Shown: in pieces, positions 41,680 to 55,225 of the stretch
Layout of the letters: the number at the start of each line of letters is the position of its first letter
How positions within the stretch are numbered: position 1 is the stretch's first letter
Source: the human T2T-CHM13v2.0 reference genome, Homo sapiens
NCBI RefSeq assembly: GCF_009914755.1
Contig: NC_060927.1
Length of the DNA stretch: 64,000 bases
Reading direction: 5' to 3' (one strand)
Translations under genes and position numbers: made by a program
The notes under the pieces: model-generated
Seen by the model: only the letters and a program-made list of their open reading frames with translations
Databases searched by the model: none
Told to the model about the DNA's origin: nothing

Positions 41680-44560
41680 ACACTTTGATTAGTCTTGTGA
41701 CTGTGAAACTGCTTAGGTTCAAATCCCATTTGTACTACTTTATCACTGTAGGACCTTAGAAAAGTTACCTAGCTTCTGAGCCTCAACTCCTCATCTGGAA
41801 AGTGGAGAAAATAATAGAATTTCAAAGAATTGCTATGAATACTAAATGGTAGCTGATACATATATAGAGTTTGATATCCTTATTCTAGCCATTTCTCCAG
41901 GCCAGTGAGCCAAATTTTCTATTTTTGATTTTATAGAAGGGGATGCTCTTGTAAACTCTGCTATACAGAAAACTTCTCCAATAGTTAGTCTTACGTAGTG
42001 ATTTCTGCTCATGCATCTTCATGAAACAAATTCTTCTCCACTTTTTTCTACACATAACCAAATTCTGTTCATCCTTTAAAGTCACACTCAAGTCTCACTT
42101 TCTCTGTGAGTCCTTCTGTCCTTACACAAGAGACACCTGTCTCTTTTCATTCTTTCATCCCTATACATCCATTCATTTACTTGTTCATTCAAGTACCACA
42201 GTGGGTCAGGCACTGTTCCAGACTCCAGGGTGCAGCCTGCAAAAACACATACCTGCCCTTGTGGTACTCACATTCTTATGAGGAAAGACCATAAGCAAGG
42301 AAACAAATATTACCACAATAGATTCGCTGATGAAGACAAGTCCTCTGAAGAGAAATAATAGTGATTGGGAGTAGACGGGTAGAGAAGGGGAAATTATTTT
42401 CAATAGGGTGCTAACCAAACGTCCCTTTAAGAAGGATGTAATATTTAAACACACATCTAAGGAAACCAAAGTAGCAGAAACTGCGAAGGCCCTCAGGTAG
42501 AACAAGCATGTCCTGTTCAAGGAAAAGTGAAATCAGTGCAGCTGGAGTGGTGAGAGAGAGGAAGGAGATGAAGTCAGAGGATTAATAGGGCCTAGACCAT
42601 GGAAGGCCCTGATGAACATGGAAAGGGGTTTTGAGTAGATGTGAAACTATCTCATTTTTAGTTTAAAATGAAGCACACTTGAATAATATGTAATTGGCAA
42701 GAGTGGAAGCAAGGAGTCCAATTAGAAAGCTTTTGCTAGAATTCAGGTGAGATGATAGTGTCTTAGATTAAGGTGGAAGTAAAAAAGGTATTGACGAATG
42801 GCTGGATCTGAGATCTAATTTTTTTAAGTAAAACTAACAATGTCTGCTCAGGGATGTGAAAGGAGAAGAGTTAATTATTCCTATGTTTCTAGCTGAGGAA
42901 ACTTGGTGAGTAGTGGTACCACTTACTGAGATGGCAGTCATATTCAACTGTGCATTATTTAACAGTTAATTATTTTTTAGTGTATTTGTTACAGCTCAGC
43001 AATTAGATTGTCTGTTTCCCTTAACACAGTTAGGGACACTACATTCACATTTGATTGATTAGTTTGTTCTAGCTCTATCAATTAATAGCTGTGTGACTTT
43101 CAGCAAGCTACTTAACCCTCTAACTCAATCTCATCTGTAAAGTGGGTCTGGTACTCATCGGGTTGTTGAGACAATTAAGTGTGGCTCTTAGAATAATGGC
43201 TGGCACTTAGTAGTGCTCAGTAGTAGCTGTTATTCGTTCCAGAAACACCCCCACACCCCACCAACTGTAGCCAGTCAGCCCAGGGATCTTATGAGTTTCT
43301 CTCTACTTAGTTTGCTCAATGCAAGGTCAGACTATTTTTCAAAGGTACTTAATACTTGAGCTAATAGAGAAAATCCATGCTAGCTTTCAAATGCTACCCT
43401 GTGTGAATCTCTTTAGTTGTGTTTTGCTTTTCCAAGCCTAAAACTTAGGTGGTCAACAATTAGCAGATATTTGTTGAATGTCTACTTTGGGCTTAGCTGC
43501 TGGGATATTCAAGAGTACCAGTTAAACCTCATTTTTCCTGCCATGCATGCTTTTGATTTAGCTGTAATGAATATTTTATCAGTGACCAAATATTTTATTA
43601 CCTCTCTAGTCCTTTGGGTATTGCTGGACAGATTTCAGACTAGCTGATGTCATTATTGGCCGTTATAAATTGTGTCAGTATGGCTGCCCTTTTGTATCTT
43701 GGTCAAATACAGAAAAACAGCAACTTGGAGATACAGAGCCTCTATTCAGACTTAATGGGATTAGCTGTCAATGGCAGAAATTCACAGCAGTTGGTATCCA
43801 TTCATTGAGAAAGAAGACAACTTAAAGAAATTTCCAGTGGAAAATAATTACACACAGATTATCTGGTACATTCTAACACATTAGATAAAATTCCTTCATC
43901 TGCAGAGAACTGGATAGCATGCAAAGCTTTGCCTCAAGGAAAGCAATATGATATAGTGGAAAAAGCACTGGACTCAGATCAGCAGGACTGGCTGTGACCT
44001 GAGGAAATGCTCAACTTTGCCAAGACTTAGATGTTTCCCTTGTAAAAAATGAATAAAAAATTATACCTACTTTACAGGGGTACTCTCAGGGTTCAGGGAG
44101 ATAATGGCTGTGAAAAGACTTGGAAATCTGCAAAATATTATACCTAAGCAAATGTTATACAAGCCTGTAGACATGTTAAGAGTTGAAAATGTGATAAGGA
44201 AAGACTTTAGGAGAGAGAGTAAATAAAGTTCCTTGCCAGGCGGTGCCTTTTCTAGGTTACTCACAAGCTGTCCCATTGTAAAGATGGCAACAAAAATAAA
44301 AATAATGACAACAGCTAACATTTACTTAGTATCTGCTGCAAAGAAGATACTGTGCCAACTCGTTTACACACATCAGTTCATTTAACCCCCAAAACAATTC
44401 CTTGAAGTGGATGTGGTTACTAACACCATTTTATGGATGAGAAATGGGTTCAAAGCAATTAAATTACTTGCCTAGTCATGCAGTTTGTGGGCTATAGAAC
44501 TAGGATTTTAATTAGGCAGTCTGATGCCAGAATCCATGAGTTTAACTACTAGCCTACACA
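41680..44560. mobile_element. Several MIR copies (~41680, ~43060, ~43945, ~44310) and an L2 (~42150-42940)
   Basis: MIR cores 'ctgagcctcaactcctcatctggaaagtgg', 'ccattttatggatgagaaa'; L2 'cattcatttacttgttcattcaa'. Confidence 0.7.
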
Positions 44561-45198
44561 GCCTTACAGGTGGATCCTAGTATAATTGGAGTGTGACCTC
44601 AGTACTGCCAAGTCATTTTCAGTGGAGTGATTCTGCCTGTGCCTCGAATTTGTCCCACACCTCCTATCCCCTGCTCAGAATTTCTCTCCTATCTCTACTA
44701 TTTCATGCTATCCTACAATCATAGGTGCTAGAGGCTACATTGGGTAATGCTTGCTGCTGTAGCTAATAAACCTAAAAATGTATACTGATGCACACACAAT
44801 AGTAAGTTAATTTATTACTGATTTAACAGAAGTAGGTCTGTAAACACATTCATGGGGTGGCCCCTGTCCACACAGCCATTCAGGTCCCCATGCTGAGAGT
44901 AACCTTGCCATCCTCAACATTTGGTGCTTGAGATTGTCTCCATTCCAGCCAATCAGAAGGGGAAGAAAGATTGAGGTGCCCCCTGTGGGAATTTCTGCTG
45001 AGGTTGCATTGGCTGGCACTCATTTAGCCATTGCAAGTGGAGCTAGAAAATATAGCCCCCTGCTGGCCGCCATGGCTCAGTGACAACTTCTCAATGTGGA
45101 ATGGGCAGCACTAATTTTTGGTGAACAACTAAGAAGTGTCAGCCACAGAGATTATGGTTATTGCTAGGTGGTTTTTCATTGATGAAATTTTATTTCTG

Positions 45199-45494
45199 GG
45201 CTGGGCGCGGTGGCTCACGCCTGTAATCCCAGCACTTCGGGAGGCCGAGGCCGGTGGATCAAGAGGTCAGGAGTTTCAGACCAGCCTGACCAACATAGGG
45301 AAACCCCGTCTCTACTAAAAATACAAAAATTAGCCGGGTGTGGTGGTGGGCGCCTATAGTCCCAGCTACTCAGGAGGCTGAGGCAGGAGAATGGCGTGAA
45401 CCCGGGAGGCGGAGGTTGCAGTGAGCCAAGTCGCTTCACTGCACTCCCGCCTGGACAACAGAGCGAGACTCCGTCTCAAAAAAAAAAAAAAAAA
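45199..45494 (+). mobile_element. Alu (late S / Y class)
   Basis: Full length, CpG-rich, poly(A) tail, approximate TSD ending 'ttatttct'. Confidence 0.95.
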
Positions 45495-46336
45495 ATTATT
45501 TCTTTGAGTTCCTTTAATTGGGTTCTGCAGTACACCATGAAAAATTATAGGCTCAAGGAAGGTTCTTTTGATCAAAATATGCTCTTCACTTCCTTGTTTC
45601 CTGCCACACTAATACAAAACTTATTACAGATGACCATCTCAGTGGGACAAATACTCCCTGCAATTGTTTCATACCTGCTTTCAGCATTTAAATGAACTGG
45701 AGGCTTAATTGCCTGATCTCTTTCCTTCAACAGTATTTAATTCTAAAAATTTTGAGTTTTTTAAAAATATACATTTATTGGATTTCAGGTACATAGAATT
45801 GGGTTAATTCTAACCCACAGTTCATTACATACTCATTTATGGGTCCTTGCAAGAGGTTCTATTTATTTGCTTATTTGTTAATAATAAACCATAAACCTCT
45901 ACCACATGAAAACTGGAATGTTGATAATAACATATCTACAATGAGTTTATTTTCAGTCCTTTCTCTCTGCCCCCCACATCCTATGTAACTACTATCCTGA
46001 CCCTTATGGTTATTTCCTTTTTAAAAATAGACGACTTTTTTAGAGCAGTTTTAGCATCACAGCAAAACGGAGCTGAAGGACAGATTTCCCATATATCCTC
46101 TATCACACATACATAGCCTCCCTGATTATCAATATCCTCTATCAGCGTGGGATATCTGTCACAATTGATGAACCTGTCTACGCTGGCACATCATCACCCA
46201 AAGTCCATAATTTACATTAGGGTTTACTCTTCATGTGGTCCATTCTATGTGTTTAGACAATTTATAATGATATGTGTTCACCATCATAGTATCAGAATGA
46301 TTTCACTGACCTACACAGATCCTTTGTGCTCTGCCC

Positions 46337-47109
46337 TTTTTTTCTTTTTTAAAAAATTTAATTAAGTTCCAGGATACATTGCAGGATGTGCAGGTTTGTT
46401 ACAAAGGTAAACATGTGCCATGGTGGTTTGCTGCATCTATCAACCCATCACCTAGGTATTAAGCCCAACATGCGTTATCTCTTTTCCCTAATGCTCTCCT
46501 CCCTGACCCCACCCTCCCTCAACAGGCTCCATTGTGTGTTGTTCCCCTCCCTGTGTCCATGTGTTCTCATCGTTCAGCTCCTACTTATAAGTAAGAACAT
46601 GAGGTGTTTGGGTTCCTGTTCCTGCATTAGTTTGCTGAGGATAGTGACTTCCAGCTTCATCCATTTCCCTGTAAAGGATATAATCTCATTTCTTTTTATG
46701 GCTGCATAGTATTCCATGGTGTATATGTACCAGTTCTCTTCATCCAGTCTATCACTGATGGGCATTTGGGTTGATTCCATGTCTTTGCTATTGTGAATAG
46801 TGCTGCAGTGAACATATGTGTGCATGTATCTTTATAATAGATTTTTTTATATTCCTTTGGGTATATGCCCAGTAATGGGATTGCTGGGTCAAATGGTATT
46901 TCTGGTTGTAGGTCTTTGAGGAATCCAATGTCCAGAATCTACAAGGAACTTAAACAAATTTACAAGGAAAAAAACAACCCCATTAAAACGTGGGCAAAGG
47001 ACATGAACAGACACTTCTCAAAAGAGGACTTTTATGCAGCCAACAAACATATTTTTAAAAAGCTCAAGATCACTGATCATTGGAGAAATGAAAATCAGAG
47101 CCACAGTGA
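46337..47109 (-). mobile_element. 5'-inverted, truncated L1PA (PA8-10-like)
   Basis: Antisense 3' end with poly(T) 46337-46924 joined to a sense ORF2 segment 46925-47109 ('RIYKELKQIYKEKNNPIKTWAKDMNRHFSKED'). Confidence 0.9.
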
Positions 47110-48717
47110 TCAGATTGGCTTTTTTCACTTAGCAATAAACACTTGAGTTTCCTCCATGTCTTTTCATGGCTTGATAGTTTTTAGTGCTGAATACTATTCC
47201 AATGTCTGGATGGACCAGTGATTCTTTATCCACTTACCTGCTGGACATCTTGGTTGCGTCCAAGTTTAGGCAATTACTAATAAAGCTGTTAGAAACATCC
47301 ATGTGCAGGTTTTTGTGTGGACATAAGTTTTCAACTCATTTGGATCTTGTGGTTTAGTTTTGCAAGAAACTGCCAACCTGTTTTCCAAAGTGGCTATGCC
47401 ATTTTGCATTCCCATAAGCAATGAATCAGAGTTCATATTGTTCAAACTCCTTGTCAGCATTTGATGTTGTCAGTGTTCTGGGCTTTGGCCACTCTAAGAG
47501 GTTTGTAGTGGTACCTTGTTTTAATTTGCATTTTCCTGATGACATATAGTGTATTCCCTGTGCTTTTATCTTCTGAAAGACATTGTATAAAATTGGTGTA
47601 ATTTCTTTCTTAAATGTCTGGCAAAACCCACCAGTGAACATACGTGGGTTGGATATTTTCTGTTTTGGAAGTTTATTATTTATTTACTTACTAAAGATAA
47701 GCCTGTTCAGGTTGTATATTCTTGTGTGAGTTTTGGCAGCTTGTGTCTTTCAAGGAATTGGTCCATTTCATCTGAGTTATCAAATCTGCAGGCATAGAGT
47801 TCTTCATAATATTCCTTGATTAGCCTTTTAATGTCCATGGAATCTGCAGTGATGTCCTGTCTTTCTTTTCTGACAGTAGTAATTTGTGTCCTCTTTTTTT
47901 CTTAGTTAGCCTGGCTAAAGGCTTATCAATTTTATTGTTTTTTTTTTCTTTTTCAGGGAACCATCTTTTGGTTTTGTTGATTTTTTTTTTCTATTGATTT
48001 CTTTTTAAAATTTTTATTTTTTTCCTCTTTTTTCTTTGTTTTGGATTTAATTCACTGCGTCACACAAATTTTGATAAGCTGTGCTTCTATTTTCATTTTA
48101 TTCATCTTTTAATTTCTTGTTTTTTTCTTCTACTCATTTTATTTGGAAGTATGTTGTTTTATCGCCATGTGTTTTGGTATTTTTCCAGCTACATTTTTTG
48201 TTATTTCTAGTTTAATTCCATTGTCATGTGAGAGCAGACATTGTATGATTCCTGTTTTTTTAAATTTGTGAACGTGTTTTGTGGCTCAGAATGTGGTCTA
48301 TCTTGGTGAATGTTCCATGTGAGCTTGAGAAGAATGTATATTCTGCTGTTGTTGGATGAAGTAGTCTATAGGTATCCATTATATACAGTTGATTGATGGC
48401 ATTGTTGAGTTCAGCTATGTCCTTACTGATTTTCTGCCTGCTGGATCTGTTTATTTCTGATAGAGGGGTATTGAAGTCTTCAACTATAATAGTGGATTCA
48501 TCTGTTTCTCTTCACAGTTCTATTGGTTTTTGCCTTATGTATTTTGACACTCTGATTTTAGGCACATACCTGTTAAGGATTATTATGTCTTCTTGGAGAA
48601 TTGACTCCTTTGTCATTAGGTAGTGTCATTTCTTATCCCTGATAACTTTTCTTGCTCTGAAGTTTGATCTGTCTGAAATTAATATAGCTACTCCAGCTTT
48701 ATTTTGCTTAGTGTTAA

Positions 48718-49046
<329 letters not shown>

Positions 49047-49759
49047 CATTCACTCTTAATCTATATCTGGCTTCATATTTAAAGTGGGCTTCCTGTGCAG
49101 AACATATAGTGAGATCTTGTTTTTTGATCCACTCAGACAAACTGTCTTTTAATTGGGGCATTTAGACCATTGACATTCAAATGATTATTGATATAGTTGC
49201 ATCAATAACTACCATATTTGTTACTTGTTTCTATTCGATGCCCTTTTTCTTTGTTCCTATTTTTATCTTCCATTCTTTGTCTATCTTTTGTGGTTTTAAC
49301 TGAGCATTTTATGATTACATTTTCCCTCCCTGCTTAGCATAACGGTTACACTTCCTTTTTTTACGCTGTTTTTAATGGTTGCCTAGAGTATACGATATAC
49401 ATTGCAACTAATCCAAGTCTACTTTCAAATAACACTTATACTGCTTCATGAGTAAGGCAAGTAAGATATAATAATTTTAATTTCTCCCTTCCATCTATTG
49501 TAACATTGCTGTCATTCATTTCACACATATATACACACACACATACAAGCATATATAATCAAATGCGTTATTGCTATTTTCATCTGTTGTCTGTTAGATG
49601 AATTATGAATAAGAAAAATGGTTGTATTTTATTTTCTGATGCTTTTTATGTATGAGTTTCTGACATACATAATTTTTCTTCTAAGTTTATTTTAATATTT
49701 CTTGCAAAGAAGGTCTACAAGTTATCTCAATTTTTGTTTGAGAAAGTATTTCTTCACTT

Positions 49760-51145
49760 TTTTATTGTGTATTTTTAAGATATGCAACATGATATTTTGA
49801 TATATATAGTAAAACGATCAGCCAAATAAATTAATATATCATTCATCTAACACAGTGGCAGGAGTGTCTAAAATCTCTTAGTGAAACTTGTGACTACAAT
49901 AGTATATTATTAACTATAATTCTCACGTACATTAAATCTCCTGACTTATTCATCCTATATATCTGCAACTTTATATCTTTTGACCTATATCTCCTTATAT
50001 CCTCCTGCTTCCCCCAGTAATCACCATGTCATTCTCTATTTCTATGTATTCAACTTTTTAAAAAATAGATTCCACATATAAGTAAGATCATAAGATCATG
50101 CAGTTTTTTTCTTTGTTTCTGGTTTACTTCACTTAGCATAGTGTCATCCAGTCTCATCCATGTTGTGGCAAATGGGAGGATATCCTTTTTTAAGGCTGAA
50201 TAATATTCCTCTCTCTTTCTCTCTCTCCCTCCCTTTCTGTGTGTGTATCTCAGTTTCTTTACCCATTCATCCATGATGAACACTTCAGTCGTTTTCGTAT
50301 GTTGGCTATTGTGAACAGTGTTGCAATGAACAAAGGAGTGCAGATATCTTTACAAGGTGGTAATTTCATTTCCTTTGGGTATATACCCAGAAGAGGGATG
50401 CAGGGATTGCAGGGTCATACGTAGTTCTATTTCTGATTTCTCTGGGCAACTCCATACTGTTTTCCACAGTGGCTGCACCAATCTACATTCCCACCAACAG
50501 TGTATGAGGGTTCCCTTTTCTCTACACCTTCAACATTTGTTATCTCTCATCTTTCTTATAATAGCTATCCTAACAGGAGTGAGCTGATACCTTATTGTGG
50601 TTTTGATTTGCATTTCCCTGATTAGTGATGTTGAACACTTTTTCATATACCTGTTGGCCATTTGTATGTCATCTTTGGAAAAATTTCTGTTCCGGTCCTT
50701 TACCCATTTTTTATTCAGGTTTCTTCTATCCAATTGTATGAGGTTTTTTAAATATTAACTCCTTATTAGATATATGGTTTTCAAATATTTGCTACCAATC
50801 TGTAAGCTGCCTTTTCATTTTGTTGATTATTTCCTTTGCTGTGCTGAAACATTTTAGTTTGATGTATGCCCATCTATTTTTTATTTATTTATTTTTGCCT
50901 TTGCAGCCTGAACTTTTGGTGTGATAACCAAAATCATTAAGACCAATGTCAAGAGACTTTTCTCCTATCTTTTCTTCTAGGAGTTTTATCATATCAGGTC
51001 TTATATTTAGGTCTTTTATACATTTTGAGTTGATTTTTGTGGATGGTGTAAGATACATGTCCAGTTTCATTCTTTTGCATGTGGATATACCATTTCTCCA
51101 GCACTATTTATTGAGGAGACTATCCTTTCTCTATTGTGTCTTGGT
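49760..51145 (-). mobile_element. L1MA-like 3' fragment (ORF2 C-terminus and 3'UTR)
   Basis: Minus-strand ORF fragments '[38 protein letters not shown]' and 'MKLDMYLTPSTKINSKCIKDLNIRP' match L1 ORF2p. Confidence 0.88.
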
Positions 51146-51154
51146 TCTCTCTAA

Positions 51155-51615
<461 letters not shown>

Positions 51616-51934
51616 TGATTGTCTATGGTTTGAAAGTGTTATGCGTTGGTGTACTTTTTTGGCATTTATCCTGCTTGGTGCTCTCTAAGCTTCCTGTATC
51701 TGCGATCTGGTGTCTGACATTGATTTGGGAAAATTCTCTCAGTGTTTCAAATATTACTTCTACTTCTTTTTTTCTTTCTTTCCCTAGTATTCCCATTTTG
51801 CACATATTATATCTTTGCTAGTTGCTCCACAATTATCGGAGATTCCAGGGTTTTTTGGTCATTTTTCTGTTTTTCAGTTTTGGAAGTTTCTATTGAGCTA
51901 GTCTCAATCTCAGACATTCATTCCTCAGTCATGT

Positions 51935-53459
51935 TGTGTCCAAAATTCATGGGTTCTTGGTCTCACTGACTTCAAGAATGAAGCCCCGGACCCTCGCGGT
52001 GAGTGTTACAGTTCTTAAAGATGGTGTGTCCGGAGTTTGTTCCTTCTGACGTTCGGATGTGTTTGGAGTTTTTTCCTTCTGGTGGGTTTGTGGTCTCGCT
52101 GGCTTCAGGAGTGAAGCTGCAGACCTTCGCGATGAGTGTTACAGCTCTTAAGGTGGTGCGTCCGGAGTTGTTCATTCCTCCCAGTGGGTTCGTGGTCTCG
52201 CTGGCCTCAGGAGTGAAGCTGCAGATCTTCGAGGTGAGTGTTTACAGCTCATAAAGGCAGTGCAGACCCAAAGAGTGAGCAGCAGCAAGATTTATTGCAA
52301 AGAACAAAAGAACAAAGCTTTCACAGCATGGAAGAGGACCTAAGCAGGTTACCTTTGCTGGCTCAGGCAGCCTGCGTTTATTCCCTTATCTGACCCCACC
52401 CACATCCTGCTGATTGGCCCATTTTACAGAGAGCTGATTGGTCCATTTTACAGAGAGCTAATTGATCCATTTTGACAGGGTGCTGATTGGTGCATTTACA
52501 ATCCTCTAGCTAGACATAAAAGTTCTCCAAGTCGTCACCAGATTAACTAGACACAGAGCACCGACTGGTGCGTTTACAAACCTTGAGCTAGACACAGGAT
52601 GCTGATTGGTGCATTTACAAACCTTGAGCTAGACACAGAGTGCTGATTGGTGTATTTACAATCCTTTAGCTAGACACAAAAGTTCTTCAAGTCCCCACTA
52701 GATTAGCTAGACACAGAGCACTGATTGGTGCATTTACAAACCTTATGCTAGACACAGAGTGCTGATTGGTGCATCTACAATCCTCCAGCTAGACATAAAA
52801 GTTCTCCAAGTCCCCACCCAACTCAGGAGCCCAGCTGGCTTCCCCTAGTGGATCCTGCATGGGGGCAGCAGGTGGAGCTGCCCGCCAGTCCTGCGCGGCC
52901 TGCCTGCACTCCTCAGCCCTTGGGCGGTTGATGCGACCTGGCGCCACAGAGCAGGGGGCGACGCCCATCTGGGAGGTTTGGGCCACGAGGCAGCCGACTG
53001 CGGAGGGGCTCGGGCATGGCAGGCTGCAGGTCCCGAGCCATGCCCCGCAGGGAGGTGGCTGAGGCCCAGGGAGAATTCAAGCGTGGCAAGAGTGGGCTGG
53101 CACTGCTGGGGGACCCAGCGCCCCCTCTGCAGCTGCTGGCCTGGGTGCTAAGCCCCTCACTGCTCAGGGCTGGTGGCACCTGCCAGCCGCTCCAAGTGCG
53201 GGGGCCCGCTGAGGCGGCACCCACTGGGAACTCGCACTGGCCTGCAAGCACTGCACACAGCCCTTGGTTCTGGCCTGTGCCTCTCCCTCCACACCTCCCT
53301 GCAAGCAGAGGGAGCCGGCTCCGGCCTTGGCCAGCCTAGAGAGGGGCTCCTATAGTGCAGTGGCGGGCTGAAGGGCTCCTCAAGTGTGGCCAGAGCAGAT
53401 GCCGAGGCCGAGGAGGGGCTGAGAGCGAGTGAGGGCCGCCAGCATGTTGTCACCTCTCA
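51935..53459 (-). mobile_element. ERV9 solo LTR (LTR12C/D-like), complete
   Basis: Minus strand starts TGAGAGGTGACA and ends GGACACA; 4-bp TSD ATGT (51931-51934, 53460-53463); internal tandem repeats containing CCAAT; GC-rich U3. Confidence 0.96.
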
Positions 53460-53526
53460 ATGTGTCTGGCCTGCCCATAAGCTCATCACAGGCGTTCATG
53501 ATCTGTTATGATGTTTTGATGTCTAG

Positions 53527-54031
<505 letters not shown>

Positions 54032-55016
54032 TAACGTTTTAGAAAGTCTTGTAATTTTTTCCTGGTAGCTGGATGCAATGTGCTGGGTAAAAGGAACTGC
54101 AGTCAATAGGCCTTTGGTAATGTGGTGGTAAGGAGAGGAAGTGTTGCATAGTTCTATGAGCAGGCCTCAGTCTTTTAGTTAGCCTGTGTTTTTTGGACTA
54201 TGAATTCCACAAGTGCTTCTCAGGCCCCTGTCCCACCTTGGTGAGACTGGATGGCTAGAGTGGGCTGGAGATGGGTGTTTTCCTTCTCCCACATGCAAAT
54301 CTAAAGGGGGTTGGAGTTGGATATTTCTTCCTCCAGGTCAGTTAAGCTCTGATAAAACCCCAGCTGGTTAGGATCTCCTTAACTACTTTCCCCTGAGGGC
54401 AGTACTTGTTAAGAAGAGCAAAGTGCTCTGGCATATTTCAAAGTGGCTCCTAATTGTCTCCTTCTGCCAGAAGCATGAGGGTTTTTCTCTCCAGTATTCA
54501 CTGTGAGTTCCCAGTAGAGCACCAGGAGGTAAACTCACAAAAGTGGGTTCTCTACGCCTGGAGTTTTTATTTCTCAGACTTGTACACTCTAAGTCTCCTG
54601 CAGTTTGTCAATTGCAGTTCAGGTTTTCCTACCCCAGCATGGGTTCACACAGATGGTTTAGTTCATGGATTTCTTTTCTGGTAAGTTGTGATTCTCTGTA
54701 TTTGCCTGTTAGTCTCTCCAATGGGGGCAGGGGTTTGTCCTGTGACCTTTCTTGTGTTACAGATCTAAGAAAAATAGTTGATTTTTCAGTTTGTTCAGCT
54801 TTTTACTTGTTAGGATGGCACGATGACCTCCAAGCTTCTTATATGCTAGGCTGGAAACCATCCCTTTGATTTTTAAAATATAATTTTATCACATTTATAC
54901 TCCTTTAAACCTATATTAACTTTAGTTGTTTCTAATGCTATAAAAAGGATATTATGCTCTATGTAGTTTTCTGGGATTCATGTTTTCGCTCTTTATATTG
55001 CTAAGATTCATTCATA

Positions 55017-55225
55017 TTTTTGTTTTTTTGAGACAAGGTCTCACTTTGTCATCCAGGCTAGAGTACAGTGGCATGATCATGGCTCACTGCAGCCTTGACC
55101 TCCTGGGCACAAGTACTTCTTCCACCTCAGCCTTTTGAGAAGCTTGTGCCACCCTATCTGGCCACTTTTAAAAATTTCTTATAGAGATAGGCTCTCACTA
55201 TGTTGCTCAGGCTGGCCTCAAACTC
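55017..55225 (-). mobile_element. AluJ-like, missing its 5' part
   Basis: 'gatcatggctcactgcagccttgacctcctggg' J diagnostics; ends abruptly at L1 sequence. Confidence 0.9.

Noticed and set aside
52410-52810. Regularly spaced repeats resembling a CRISPR-like array
   Set aside because: These are the normal tandem U3 enhancer repeats of LTR12; no unique spacers, no cas genes, eukaryotic context.
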